DNA of 63,967 bases, counting the filler, from Stramenopiles sp. TOSAG23-2 (lineage: Eukaryota), in the NCBI GenBank assembly GCA_900128395.1. It is 4 parts of 4 records of this genome, joined end to end, with 100 filler letters (N's around TTAATTAATTAA, not from the genome) between each part and the next. Parts side by side here need not be neighbours in the genome. Positions count along the whole stretch, not along the records: positions 1 to 16,406 come from LT649678.1; 3 more parts are not named here. The stretch is one strand, 5' to 3'. A program made the position numbers and the translations under genes. A model generated the notes under the pieces. That model made no database searches, was not told where the DNA came from, and saw only the letters and a list, made by a program, of their open reading frames with translations. Below are positions 1-11,022 of this stretch, piece after piece. The first letter of the stretch is position 1; each line of letters begins with the position of its first letter.

Positions 1-2
1 CC

Positions 3-2831
3 AATGAGGATCAACAAAACAATGGTGGTAGACCACTAAATAATCCAGTATCATTATGGAACACTGTTCATACCGAGCAATCAAAAGCATACACAACACG
101 ACAAAGGCAAAAAGCTAATGCTACATCAGGCCAAAAAGGTAAAGTTGTACCAGTTGATAACAAAGTTGATATTTCTAACGTTAATTGTATTTCGAAATGG
201 GGGAATCCACGTACCGTATTGCGCCGTGTTCTTCAATCAAATGAATTTATCCAGCGTGTGAAAGAGGTCAAAAACAACTTTCGTCAAGAAAAGGAAATGG
301 ATAAATGGTGTCATCAAAACGATACATTGTGTACCCACAAAAAAGTACTTGAAACGTGCACGCATGATGTTGACCAGTTCCTCGAAGAAGCAAAGGTATA
401 CAACAAGAATGAAGGAAAAGCCAAAAAAGAAACAGAATACCTCCAATGGTCCCGAAACTATCATGCATTTGAAAATCAATCATCCGCAGATATACGTAAA
501 ATTTTTGTGCGCTACAAAAGAATGATCTCAAAGTTAGAAGCTGCGCGAACAAACATACTAGGTAAAATTAGAGATGTTCTTCTTAAGTGTACGAAAAGAA
601 TGAAAATGTGGACATTACAAGGTAAGGTTGGTGATGTTCAAACACTAGGGAAGGTTGGAGATGTTTCTTCTAAGCGTACGAACAATTGGCAAAACAGGAA
701 AACATCTCGTATGTCTTGCTTTTTGCTTAGATTGTTCTTCCTTCTTTCAAGTCTAATGAGTGTGATTGCTGCAGCATCATCAAACACTGGTTGTGCCGAT
801 CAAACTTGTGCCAATCTGACGTGTGAATCCGCGACGAAAACTGGGAGTGTGGAAAATGGAAAGTTATTCTGTAACATGGATATCGATGGAGGAAATTGGA
901 TGTTGGTTATGGTGAATGGAGGAGATAAACAACACAAACCGACACTAAGGCACGGGAAGAACCCGGCAGGGTACAGCACTTGGTATTCTTCTTCTTCTAC
1001 AGAAACGGTGCCAAAATCAATGGGTGCTTACAAAATGAGTGAGCAAATGGTTAATGATTACGGAGTTATTGAAGTTTTGGCTTATATTGCTTCCGGTAAA
1101 AACGAGGGGAAATATGTCATAATTAAAAGATCATCTAGGAAACCCATTGATAGTGCGATGTTATATGCAGTTGCAGGTAAACCACCGTCTGGAGATACTT
1201 GGAGTTTTGTGCGAGAGGATGGCACATCACTTGTTGCGAAGGGGAGGGGGTATGGTATGAAATACCCAAGAGGCCATGGCCCATTTATGCATGATGACTT
1301 CGGCAATGCATACGGCTGGATGTGGACTGATTGGGGGGGAATCGATGATTTACGGAAAGGTTCAATGCCGTATAGTCCCACAAGCGATACCTCTGTAGTG
1401 TGGTGGTGGTTTGTCAGACGTCTCGGTAAAGGTCAAGAGACACCTGCTACATCTGTTATGAAACCATCATTAAAATGCATATTCTCAATGGGGGAGAAGA
1501 AAATGGATATCTCAATCAATAATGAAAATTCTTATCCGCTGTCGGTGTTTTTTGGAAATGAAAATGGCAACGAAAATTGTGCGATGGAAGTTGCAAGTAA
1601 ATCAAGTGGTTCAATGGTAACGTCTGCAGAAGATTGTCCTGCTTTAGTAAACGTAGTAAAAGAAGAAATTTCAGAACTGAAGGGTTTATTGACGGTCGAG
1701 AAACCACTGGAATTTGAGCGTTTTCCAATGACATGTGTATTCAACACAAGTTTTACGCAACGGTCAGACGCACCAGATGTAGCAAAACCCGAGGAAGTAA
1801 AGCCTGGTATTGTTGGAAAAGGCGAGAAACTTACAATCTCTATATATTTTGCAGATTCGGCAGGAGAAAAAATAGCAAATGATGATAAAATTATGGATGG
1901 TGACAAAATAAAGCTTTGTATTCAAGCTAAGAGTGATAAACCACAAGAATACGATTTGGACTTAAACAGGTTAATAACGCCAATCCTCGAATCGGTCAAA
2001 TTTGTGCCAGAAAAGCATTTGCGTGAATATTTACAGCCAGAATTCATAATAAAAAATCAGTATTTTGTAAAAAGTGCATATTTTATTGAGGATAGTAAAG
2101 AAAATGAAAAATGCATTTCGGGTATCATTGCAAAATTTGGATTTGATTATGCGGAGGTTAGCGGATACCTGTGTTTTCAAAATACAAATTGTGGAAAAAA
2201 TTTTGCAACCAATGCGTATAGAAGAAACCTGATGGCAACAAAAGCAAAAAATGCAACAAATTCTTCCAACCAAATATCCGTCAATATTGACTTGCAATAT
2301 CCATCGGTGATGCAACAGCCAAGCCCTTGTGCGGGAAAAAAACAATGTGCAAGCAAAGCTTTACCGATTTTTGCAGCAATCGTTTTGTTTGTCATTGTGG
2401 TTGTCATATGGCATAAAAGCTCGACATGTTACTGTTGCTCCCACATTTTTTCAACATCATCGCCCATTCACGACAATTCTGATGAAAGAAGAATAAATAT
2501 TGAAATGAGGGAACATAATGAGAATGATGAAAATAAAAATGAAAATGATCAAGATGATAACGTTGCACCACGAATGTTGATAGCCAAAGACATTGGCAAA
2601 CACTGTGAAAATAGTAGACGTTTGCTAAATTTCTCGCTACGAAATGCTGAATCTCTTGAAAAAATGGAATCGTTGGTAAATTTAGCAATAAAAAACTTGA
2701 AGCTTGCGAAAGATTTGATAGAGAAAAGTAATAAGAAAAAAGGAAAAGAATTGTTTAAAGAAGAAGAAAGGAAAATAACAGAAAAAAAAAAACGATCTTT
2801 TGAAAATTATGGAGGGAGTTATAAGTATTAA
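3..2831 (+). CDS. 5'-partial membrane protein: internal signal/TM segment, fibrinogen-C-like motif, ZP-module-like region, TM helix; probably continues via frameshift into 2800..3618
   Basis: Frame is open from nt 3, upstream of the listed 219 start. Hydrophobic MSCFLLRLFFLLSSLMSVIAAASS at 711; LFCNMDIDGGNWMLV matches the fibrinogen-related VYCDMxxDGGGWTL motif; 4-Cys ZP-N-like spacing; TM ALPIFAAIVLFVIVVVIW. Family calls are by eye. Confidence 0.6.
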   Translation, partial: NEDQQNNGGRPLNNPVSLWNTVHTEQSKAYTTRQRQKANATSGQKGKVVPVDNKVDISNVNCISKWGNPRTVLRRVLQSNEFIQRVKEVKNNFRQEKEMDKWCHQNDTLCTHKKVLETCTHDVDQFLEEAKVYNKNEGKAKKETEYLQWSRNYHAFENQSSADIRKIFVRYKRMISKLEAARTNILGKIRDVLLKCTKRMKMWTLQGKVGDVQTLGKVGDVSSKRTNNWQNRKTSRMSCFLLRLFFLLSSLMSVIAAASSNTGCADQTCANLTCESATKTGSVENGKLFCNMDIDGGNWMLVMVNGGDKQHKPTLRHGKNPAGYSTWYSSSSTETVPKSMGAYKMSEQMVNDYGVIEVLAYIASGKNEGKYVIIKRSSRKPIDSAMLYAVAGKPPSGDTWSFVREDGTSLVAKGRGYGMKYPRGHGPFMHDDFGNAYGWMWTDWGGIDDLRKGSMPYSPTSDTSVVWWWFVRRLGKGQETPATSVMKPSLKCIFSMGEKKMDISINNENSYPLSVFFGNENGNENCAMEVASKSSGSMVTSAEDCPALVNVVKEEISELKGLLTVEKPLEFERFPMTCVFNTSFTQRSDAPDVAKPEEVKPGIVGKGEKLTISIYFADSAGEKIANDDKIMDGDKIKLCIQAKSDKPQEYDLDLNRLITPILESVKFVPEKHLREYLQPEFIIKNQYFVKSAYFIEDSKENEKCISGIIAKFGFDYAEVSGYLCFQNTNCGKNFATNAYRRNLMATKAKNATNSSNQISVNIDLQYPSVMQQPSPCAGKKQCASKALPIFAAIVLFVIVVVIWHKSSTCYCCSHIFSTSSPIHDNSDERRINIEMREHNENDENKNENDQDDNVAPRMLIAKDIGKHCENSRRLLNFSLRNAESLEKMESLVNLAIKNLKLAKDLIEKSNKKKGKELFKEEERKITEKKKRSFENYGGSYKY

Positions 2832-3618
2832 AAGGAACACGGACTCAATCGCTGAGATGTATGAAAAGATGAATGTAATTGAAAAATTTCTTGAGGAGGA
2901 TAGCATGGAAAGCAAAACGGACCGTAAAATGCTGGCAGCAAAACTGCTGAAAGAAATGAAAGATATTATTACGAAAGAAATTCAATATTTAATGAAAAGC
3001 TTGAGAGATCATAGTAATGCACAAGACCAGGCGTCTATGACGGCATTAAAACGTCTTCAATTCTCGTTGGATACTAATAATAATATGGAATTGAACAAGT
3101 ACGATACACTTTCGCATGAGGAAATGTTACGAGAATATCAAAAAATTAGTGACGTGTATCAGCAACAAGCAGAAATTTATAAAAGAACAAAAGAGGAAGA
3201 GATATCTTTTTATAAAGCTCGTTTAGCTGGCAGAATCGAAGCCAAAAAAAAAAAAGTCTCTACTCCTAATAACAATAAATCTGCATACATTGTTGTTGAT
3301 ACTTATGCAAAGCGACTTTCTCTAATAGAGGAATGCCAAAATGAATTCAATGACTTAAATGTCATGTACAAACTTTACCACGAAAGTGAAGCAAAGAGCG
3401 GCGACTCGCTTAGAAGATCAGAGGCATCCACATTAAAAAATGGATATGGTCACATTATATGTGAATTGGAGGGCTTGCAAGAGAAAGTTGATGCCGTTCT
3501 TGTTGGCGATTTGCAAGACACGCATCAGCGGGAGGTAGTTGGAGGCATGCGAAGAAGATTGACTAAGGAAATTGAAGCATTGGAAAAATTGTGCTGGAAC
3601 AAGCTCAAGATGCTTTGA
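2800..3618 (+). CDS. Coiled-coil region with C-terminal BAG-like helical motif; likely +1 frameshifted C-terminus of the upstream ORF
   Basis: Overlaps the upstream ORF. Removing one A from A11 (2782-2792) gives a continuous EKKNDLLKIMEG. LQEKVDAV..GDL...MRRRLTKEIEAL resembles a BAG-domain end. Confidence 0.5.
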   Translation: MKIMEGVISIKRNTDSIAEMYEKMNVIEKFLEEDSMESKTDRKMLAAKLLKEMKDIITKEIQYLMKSLRDHSNAQDQASMTALKRLQFSLDTNNNMELNKYDTLSHEEMLREYQKISDVYQQQAEIYKRTKEEEISFYKARLAGRIEAKKKKVSTPNNNKSAYIVVDTYAKRLSLIEECQNEFNDLNVMYKLYHESEAKSGDSLRRSEASTLKNGYGHIICELEGLQEKVDAVLVGDLQDTHQREVVGGMRRRLTKEIEALEKLCWNKLKML

Positions 3619-3652
3619 AGAAGATGTTTAAGGTATCGAAAATATATCTTAA

Positions 3653-4235
3653 ATGCATTCCGTTTCGCTAGCAATGGTGATTAAAAATCTAATAGCTATA
3701 CAAGAGCTAAAAAACGATGACTTGTCAAACCTTGAAATTTGGAAGGCGGGAGGCAAAGGACTTGTATTAGACATGAAAGGAGCAAAAGATATTACAGTAA
3801 AAACAATTGATGTGAAATCAAAACAATTCATTATAAAATTCCGGCGTAAATGTGGCATCGATGATAAAAAGTTGAAAATTATGGTTGATAGCGTCAATTC
3901 AATTAATTTTTTACTTCCATTGCTGATACTAGCAAAGAATAAATTTGTAATAGAACCCATTGGGACCCATTCCTGATATAATTGTTCTTCCAGTACCTAT
4001 AAATCCAGTAGGCAACATTGATAAGACAATAGACTATAAAGTTGCTGAAGAATACAGAATTATGTTGACAGATTTGTTCAAAATAAGCATACAACCATTC
4101 ACCAAGGCAGTTCCCAAAGTATTGATGTATCACTTTTTAGAAAATTTAAAATTACTTTTTCGGACATCTTTTGAAAAAGATTGTTTATTAATGATGGATA
4201 ATTTGTTGGGGGGTTATTGGCCATTTGGTTACTGA
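3653..4235 (+). pseudogene. Hypothetical coding region split into two overlapping ORFs (3653..3976, 3960..4235)
   Basis: Two same-strand protein-like ORFs overlap in the +1 frame around an ACCCATT direct repeat. No family recognised. Confidence 0.3.
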
Positions 4236-4524
4236 GAGGTGAATGATTTTGCAGAGAAGCAACTAGCAATATTGAAAGAATGTTTTTACGTGATTGAGAG
4301 GAAAATGTAAAAATGTAAAACAAAAGCCACAAGAGGTTCTTATAAGTTATAAGCTTATAAGCTACAATTAGAAACCCCATACTGGCAGAAATGCACAAAT
4401 CGTTTTAGAATTTTAAATATTAAATGAAGGTACAACAAGGAGAGGTACGAAAGTACGAAAGTCGTAAATTATAAAAATTTACTAAAAATTATAACAGTAA
4501 TTTTATACATGTGTGATGCCAAGG

Positions 4525-4609
4525 TGGTGTGTGTAGATCCTCTCTGGTGTGTGTGTGCAGGATTTTCTCTGGTGTGTGTGTGCCAGATCCTCTCTGGTGT
4601 GTGTGTGCG
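4525..4609. repeat. 25-nt minisatellite, about 3 copies (TCTCTGGTGTGTGTGTGC core)
   Basis: Units start at 4541, 4566 and 4591, with a partial unit upstream. Confidence 0.85.
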
Positions 4610-4921
4610 TTTTGTGTGTGTACTGTACATATTCGTTTTTATGTGTATATTTGCAATTCTTTAACAAAGTTTCTCTCTCCCAGCTCTCGGTCTCCTCTTT
4701 TTATACTTTTTTTTGGTCATTTTTTTGCCTGTTGCACTGTTGTTGTGTGCTTGTTGTTGGTTGAAGAGTTGAAGAATTATAAGAATAAACATATATATAT
4801 ATATATAAACAATATATAATATATAGACACACCAAGAAAACTAAAAAGAAATATAAAACGTATACAACAAAACTAAATATCTCACAACAACAATCGTTGA
4901 AACACCAACAACAACAACAAT

Positions 4922-5698
4922 ATGAGACGACGTGGGATCGGTCTTGGACGGACCGGTATCATTGGTGGTAGTAAAAATAAACGTAAACCATTACAAGATA
5001 GATATGAAGCATTAGGTAAGAAAATGGAAGATAAACATATAAGTCATATACAAGAACAAATGACATTGTTTAAAACAAAATTAGAAGAATTTGCAAATAA
5101 ACATAAACGTACGATACGGGAAGATCCAGTCTTTCGTAGACAGTTTCAACAAATGTGTTCTAAAATTGGTGTCGACCCTTTGGCATCAAATAAAGGGGTA
5201 TGGGCAAAACTTGGTGTTAGTCAATTTTATACGGAGTTAAGTGTACAAATTGTTGATGTTTGTTTAAGTACTCGTGGATTAAATGGTGGTTTAATAGATA
5301 TGAAAGATTTAATCAATTGTATAAAAATTATGAAAGGTACAAATGCTGTTGATCTATCCGATGATGATATAGAACGTGCTGTGAATAAATTAATCGTATT
5401 AAAAGGTGGCTTTAAAATCATAACAAGTGGAAATCAAAAATTAATTGTATCCGTACCAGTTGAATTAAAACAAGATCATTCAGAAATATTGAAATTAGTA
5501 AATGAAAATAATGGTTATGTCAATCCAAAATTAATTGTAAATAAATTAAATTGGAATATGCTTCGTACTATGAAAGCATTGGAAGATTTACAACGTGAAG
5601 GTATGTGTTGGATCGATAAACCAAATGGCAATGAAACCAAACAGGAAGATGTGAATTATTATATACCAAGCATTGCATTGTCGAAGGAGGAAGTTTGA
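4922..5698 (+). CDS. SNF8: ESCRT-II subunit SNF8/VPS22
   Basis: FKTKLEEFA.KH...I..DPVFRRQFQQMCSKIGVDPLAS.KG.W...G...FY.EL.VQI and C-terminal EG..WID..YY; 258 aa is the typical length. Confidence 0.95.
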   Translation: MRRRGIGLGRTGIIGGSKNKRKPLQDRYEALGKKMEDKHISHIQEQMTLFKTKLEEFANKHKRTIREDPVFRRQFQQMCSKIGVDPLASNKGVWAKLGVSQFYTELSVQIVDVCLSTRGLNGGLIDMKDLINCIKIMKGTNAVDLSDDDIERAVNKLIVLKGGFKIITSGNQKLIVSVPVELKQDHSEILKLVNENNGYVNPKLIVNKLNWNMLRTMKALEDLQREGMCWIDKPNGNETKQEDVNYYIPSIALSKEEV

Positions 5699-5931
5699 AA
5701 TTTGTTGACAGAGGGACGAGGGGAGAGATTAAAACTATTTTTTTATCAATACCTTTACTATAAAAATCATTTTTTACAAATTACATTCAAAATTTAAAAC
5801 ACTATTTAAATTTAGTTTCGCATTTTACCTCTCACCATCCCAGTCCATTTTACATTTTACACACACACAAACCGACCCACCACACGACAAAAAATCTCGC
5901 ACATTTCTCTCAAATCTTGGTGTGTGCAGAA

Positions 5932-6432
5932 TCACGGAGAAGCGACAACTACCAATGATTGTTCCTCATCCTCATCTTGTAACAATTTCATCTTATTATA
6001 AACATGATCCAATCGCTTCACAATCGTATCAACTAATGGTATTCGTTCTTCTATTGTTATTAAATTATTATTATTATTATTATCATCATCACACACATCG
6101 CTATCCTCCTCATTCTCATCATCATTACGACGACTACCCCACATTAAATCACTATCATATAATTGACCATCTTCTATATCATGATCTTCATGACTTAATT
6201 GATTACGCATATACATTGGTGTTGGATTTGTATAATAATATTTAATAGCTCTTTGTTTAAAACGCTTTGAACGATTATGCAATGGATCTGTTTGACATGA
6301 TAAATATGGCGTTGTTAATTCTGGTAAAAATGTTTCTAATTTATAAAAACTTGTTTTCGAATGTTTTATTAATTTAAATTCTGTTTGTGTTGGAAACCAG
6401 CTTTTTCTTTCTTTACCTGAACAACTGTGCTT
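5932..6432 (-). CDS. Hypothetical acidic C-terminal coding segment with no clear start; overlaps 6369..7640 in another frame
   Basis: The frame of listed ORF 5932..6282 stays open up to 6432 (FPTQTEFKLIKHSK...). No family recognised. Confidence 0.4.
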   Translation of the reverse strand, partial: KHSCSGKERKSWFPTQTEFKLIKHSKTSFYKLETFLPELTTPYLSCQTDPLHNRSKRFKQRAIKYYYTNPTPMYMRNQLSHEDHDIEDGQLYDSDLMWGSRRNDDENEEDSDVCDDDNNNNNNLITIEERIPLVDTIVKRLDHVYNKMKLLQDEDEEQSLVVVASP

Positions 6433-7640
6433 TTAACAGAATCAGCATTTTCATTGATTGCCTCTATATCAGCTTCAGCATCAACAGTTGGATCCGCTGC
6501 AATTGCTTGTGCAACAGCATTCTTTTCCGCCTGTTCCTTTATTTTGTCTTCATCTAATTCAGATACAATTGCTTTTACAGCTGCATTAGTAAATTGTTTC
6601 CATTGAAAACCATTCAACTCATACGTTCTTTGGTACAATGTTAAATTCCCATCGTATGTAGACAAAAATCCTCCTTCTCCCTGATAAAGCTTACCCACTT
6701 GATTTTTTTCAAACGGTTGAACAATATCAGCAAGCACACTATCGCCTTTGATTATTATACTTTCTCCTCCTTCATTGCCATCTTGAATTTTGCCGTTGCT
6801 TACGCCATCTACTTGTAACATTGAATTTTTAAATACTTCCCATGTTTTCTTTCCTGTTAAAAATTCCTGTAATTTAGTTGGCCGTGTATCTTTCAAGTTC
6901 AATCTTAAATTCATCCCAACCCCTCCGTTTTTGCTTCTTACCCTTGTTTGTTCAAAACGAAATGGTACATTAGACATTACAATTGCACTTCTTTGTAATT
7001 CTATATTGTTCAACACATTTTGCTCGTCATCCTTATCGCAAAATTCTGGCATTAAATCGCCAAATGCAAAAGTTGGGGGGACTGTTAGTACATTATCTGG
7101 ATTTGGCGCAATTTTCAATCCAACACCAAACCCATATCGCCCATTAGACTTTTGACTAATCTCGCATTTCATATTAATATTAAATAGTTCTTGATCCACA
7201 GGCAAAAAGTTGCTCAGTTGTGCTTCCAAGGACATAGATCTTGGTTGTGTTAAATGAACAACCATATTAATTCCGTCCATTCCAACTGTAGAGAAACTGC
7301 GCAAATCTTCTGGGATCAACGAAGTATCTTCAAGATTGTCAGCAGCATATTTTCCAACAAATTTTGTAACAACATCTTTTAATGTTAACAATGATGTATC
7401 TGCATCTCCTAATTCAAATAAACTGCGTCTTTTAATGTTTGCTAATAACTTTAAATCAGTTCCTTCGCCATATTTAAATAGCAATGCGGCATTTAAATTT
7501 ACTCCCCCTGACATTACTATAGTGCCATTAACCGTACCGCTAACATCGAATACACTATTTTGTCTTGTTACACTCATCGATGCTCCAACATCCTTTAATT
7601 CAAAACCAATAGCACCAAAGTTGACTTTGCAATCAAACAT
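6369..7640 (-). CDS. Hypothetical protein, beta-strand-rich N-terminal half; possibly a fragment of a larger gene
   Basis: 423-codon ORF with protein-like composition. No family recognised. Confidence 0.6.
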   Translation of the reverse strand: MFDCKVNFGAIGFELKDVGASMSVTRQNSVFDVSGTVNGTIVMSGGVNLNAALLFKYGEGTDLKLLANIKRRSLFELGDADTSLLTLKDVVTKFVGKYAADNLEDTSLIPEDLRSFSTVGMDGINMVVHLTQPRSMSLEAQLSNFLPVDQELFNINMKCEISQKSNGRYGFGVGLKIAPNPDNVLTVPPTFAFGDLMPEFCDKDDEQNVLNNIELQRSAIVMSNVPFRFEQTRVRSKNGGVGMNLRLNLKDTRPTKLQEFLTGKKTWEVFKNSMLQVDGVSNGKIQDGNEGGESIIIKGDSVLADIVQPFEKNQVGKLYQGEGGFLSTYDGNLTLYQRTYELNGFQWKQFTNAAVKAIVSELDEDKIKEQAEKNAVAQAIAADPTVDAEADIEAINENADSVKSTVVQVKKEKAGFQHKQNLN

Positions 7641-8000
7641 GTATTTTGTGTAGACCTTTTCACTAAAATGTTACTTAAATATATTGAAATATCGTATCGT
7701 TGTATCTTCTCTCTCTGTCTCTTTTTATTTGTATACGTATATGTGTACGTATGTATATATGTATATGTGTTCTGTACAATTTAATATATGTATATACATA
7801 TATATTGTCATTTGTCAATTTAATTTCGAAAAAAGGTTGGTTGGCACGTGTGGTGTGTGTGGTGTGCGCGCTAAAGATTCATTATTCATCATACTATTCT
7901 GATGCTATTAGAAAAAAGATATTTACCCAAAAAAGATTTGGTGTTTTTAATGGTATGTGTATACTACTCGATATTTAATAATCGAATGGCAGACCTTGTA

Positions 8001-8317
8001 AAGAAGACGGCTGAAACTCTCGTGCTCTCCTAAATCCTAAAAACAGGCGGGTTCTAATTAGTACATATTTAGTATACTATAAATATTTGATAGGTAGATC
8101 TAGGGAGATAATAAATTCATAAAATCCAAAAATGACCAATGTTAAATTAAAATAAGACGGATGAAACTCTCCTAAAAACAGGCGTGGTCTAATTAGTACA
8201 GATTTAGTATACNNNNNNNNNNNNNNNNNNNNNNNNNNNNNNNNNNNNNNNNNNNNNNNNNNNNNNNNNNNNNNAATTAGTACAGATTTAGAATACCATA
8301 AATATATATTTGATAGG
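8001..8317. repeat. Imperfect direct repeat (about 150-nt period, 3 partial copies) spanning an assembly gap
   Basis: AAGACGG.TGAAACTCTC...TAAAAACAGGCG...CTAATTAGTACA.ATTTAG.ATAC occurs at about 8004 and 8154, and partially at 8275. Confidence 0.75.
8213..8274. other. Scaffold gap (62 N)
   Basis: Run of N without the linker core. Confidence 0.99.
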
Positions 8318-8683
8318 ATAATATAAACAATCGGATATTCTAGATACTTTCATCCAATTAAATTTACAAGGTTTTTGCCTTTTTTGGCAGATGAAAATAA
8401 CCTTAAATATATAGTAGGTGAATAGCATTATGTCATTTAGGCCGTAATAGCTAATAGCACTCCGTCTATTTTTTTATTACAGCTACAACAAAAACACGGC
8501 GGAAGAAACTCAACAACAACAACTAACAACTATAACACACATCACACATGTATATATATTTATTATTAATATTATTAATATTTTATATATATCATGTAAA
8601 AGTAAGAAGTAAGAAAGAAGGAAAGACAAAGAGGTATATAACTATAACTACACCCACATATATATATGTATAGAGAGAAGAAG

Positions 8684-10979
8684 ATGTCTACAAAGGCACC
8701 ACCACCACAATTTTCATCATCATCTTCTTCTACTACTACTTCGCGGATGATGAATCCAACCATAACCACTACAAATAATAATAATAATAATGTACAACCA
8801 TTGGAGAATAATAATAATAATAATTATCAAAAATATATCGATAAGGCTAAAACAAGGTGGTTAACAACGGATGAGGTTTATGATATATTGTGTAATTATG
8901 AAAACATGCCTATTCGACTTTCAAGCCAAGCTCCTTTGAATCCGGTGCCAGGGCAATTGTATTTATTCAACAGACAGAATGTCAAATTGTATAAAAAAGA
9001 TAGAGTAGATTATATTATGCGTAAAGATCAACCTTCAAGTGTGAAAGAAGAATTTTCTGCTTTAAAAATCAAAGGTGTAAAGAAATTAAGTGTTTCCTAT
9101 GCTAGATCAAAAGTTATTATTGATGTAGTAAACAATTTATGCCGACGTTGCTATAAACGTATTGATTTTAAAGATGTTACCCCGATAACATTAGTACAAT
9201 ATTTTATCAACCCAATTAAAAAACGTAGAGCAAATACAAATAGTAAAAAATATAATAAAAGTAAATCTGGCAAAAATAAAAAGAAAACAACTACTAAAAA
9301 ATCAACAACGTCTTCCTTCAATAAAAATAGTAAAGGTGAAAAGAAAAGAAGTATGGGGACGAAGAAAGTCAATCATCAAAAAGATTTGACAATAGGAGGA
9401 GGAAGAGGTGGTGGCATGTTTGATTTAGATAATGACTATGCTAATAATAATTATAATCAATTTAGTTTCAGTAATATTCAGAATTTCGGCATTGATCCTA
9501 ATAGTAACAATACAATAGAAGAATTAGATATGAAATGGGATGTAAGTGATTTTTCATTTGCAGATGATGAAGGTAATGATAATACTAATAATATCTTGAG
9601 CCATAGTAATAATAGTGATAATAATCCATTATATTATGATATTGTTGATTATAGTCCGGAAGAATTTCATACTAATAATAATAATTCAAATTTGAAAAAA
9701 CTACATAAATTAATAATTGTTACACGATTAGCAGAAGGTAGTGATGAACCAGTTGATTTATTTATGCAAGATTCTGATCATTTATATGTAGCAATAGAAT
9801 ATGGGTCAAAAATGGACGTACAAGTTGATTTATTTCCATTACAAGTATTATCAGTTGATACATATAAAATTTATATTGAAAACAAAAAAATGGAATTATA
9901 CATTAAATCGAACCCTGATGTCGTCATTGAAAATAATAACATACTTACCGGTGAATTCAATTGGGCTTTAATTCGTAAGCAAAATATAAAAGATAATTTT
10001 GGAAATAAAACAAATCAAATAGAAAATATACAATGCTCTGATAAATTTGTTTTGAAAATTCAATATAAAGATGAAAAGAATATCATAGTCAATAATAACA
10101 ATAACAACAGTCGTAGTTGTCGTCCCAATAGTAATCAAACCAGTGTCGTAGATAATAATATTATACATAAGAAGAAACGATCACGAGAAGACCGTAATAC
10201 TACTAATACTAGTAGTACCACGATGAATGATGGCGGATGGAAATCATCCAATATGGATATTGTAGATAATGATGATAATAATAATAATAATACTTTTTCA
10301 TCTTCTAGACAATTTAAAGTTCGTATGATTGAAACAATAAATCGATTAGCTTCTGGTAATACTAAAACTGTTGGTAATACTAGCAGTACCGGGGATGTTG
10401 GAAGAGAATCGTTGGAAGATATGGATGATGAACAATTACATCGTATGTCGGAAAATATGGTCATGCAAGTAGTCACTCAGCTATCTGATGTGGCAGATAA
10501 ATCGATAGATGGGCAGTTACGTCAAGATTTATTAGCGATTGATGAGAATGGTTACAATTTATTACATATGCTTTGTATTAATGCTTCTTCAAGTTCCATT
10601 CCTATTATTTTAAACGCAATATCGAAAGATGGACAAAATGCCGTATTAACTGCTGTAAATACACCAACAAGAAATGGAATGCGCCCGTTGCACTTAGCAG
10701 CAATGAATGGTTCCATAGAATGTGTAAATCAACTTTTATATGCAGGTGCAATTTTAAACGTTCACGATCAAAATGGATTAAATGCTTATGATATTGCATT
10801 AAGAAGTGGTCATGTAGAATTAGCGAAAATGTTAAAGCAGAGGCAAACGCAGCAAGAAGAAGAAAATCCAATGATTGCGCGTTATATACAAAGTTTAGAT
10901 TCTCCACCGGCATCTTATAAAGAAAAAAATAATCAAAAATCCCAACCAATATATATCCCTTCAAATAATAATAATAGTT

Positions 10980-11022
<43 letters not shown>

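Noticed and set aside
4233-4310. UGA readthrough after ORF 3960..4235
   Set aside because: Only about 24 further open codons and no recognisable family to test against.
4525-4609. CRISPR-like array
   Set aside because: 25-nt units with only about 7 variable nt, GT-microsatellite based, in eukaryotic context with no cas genes.
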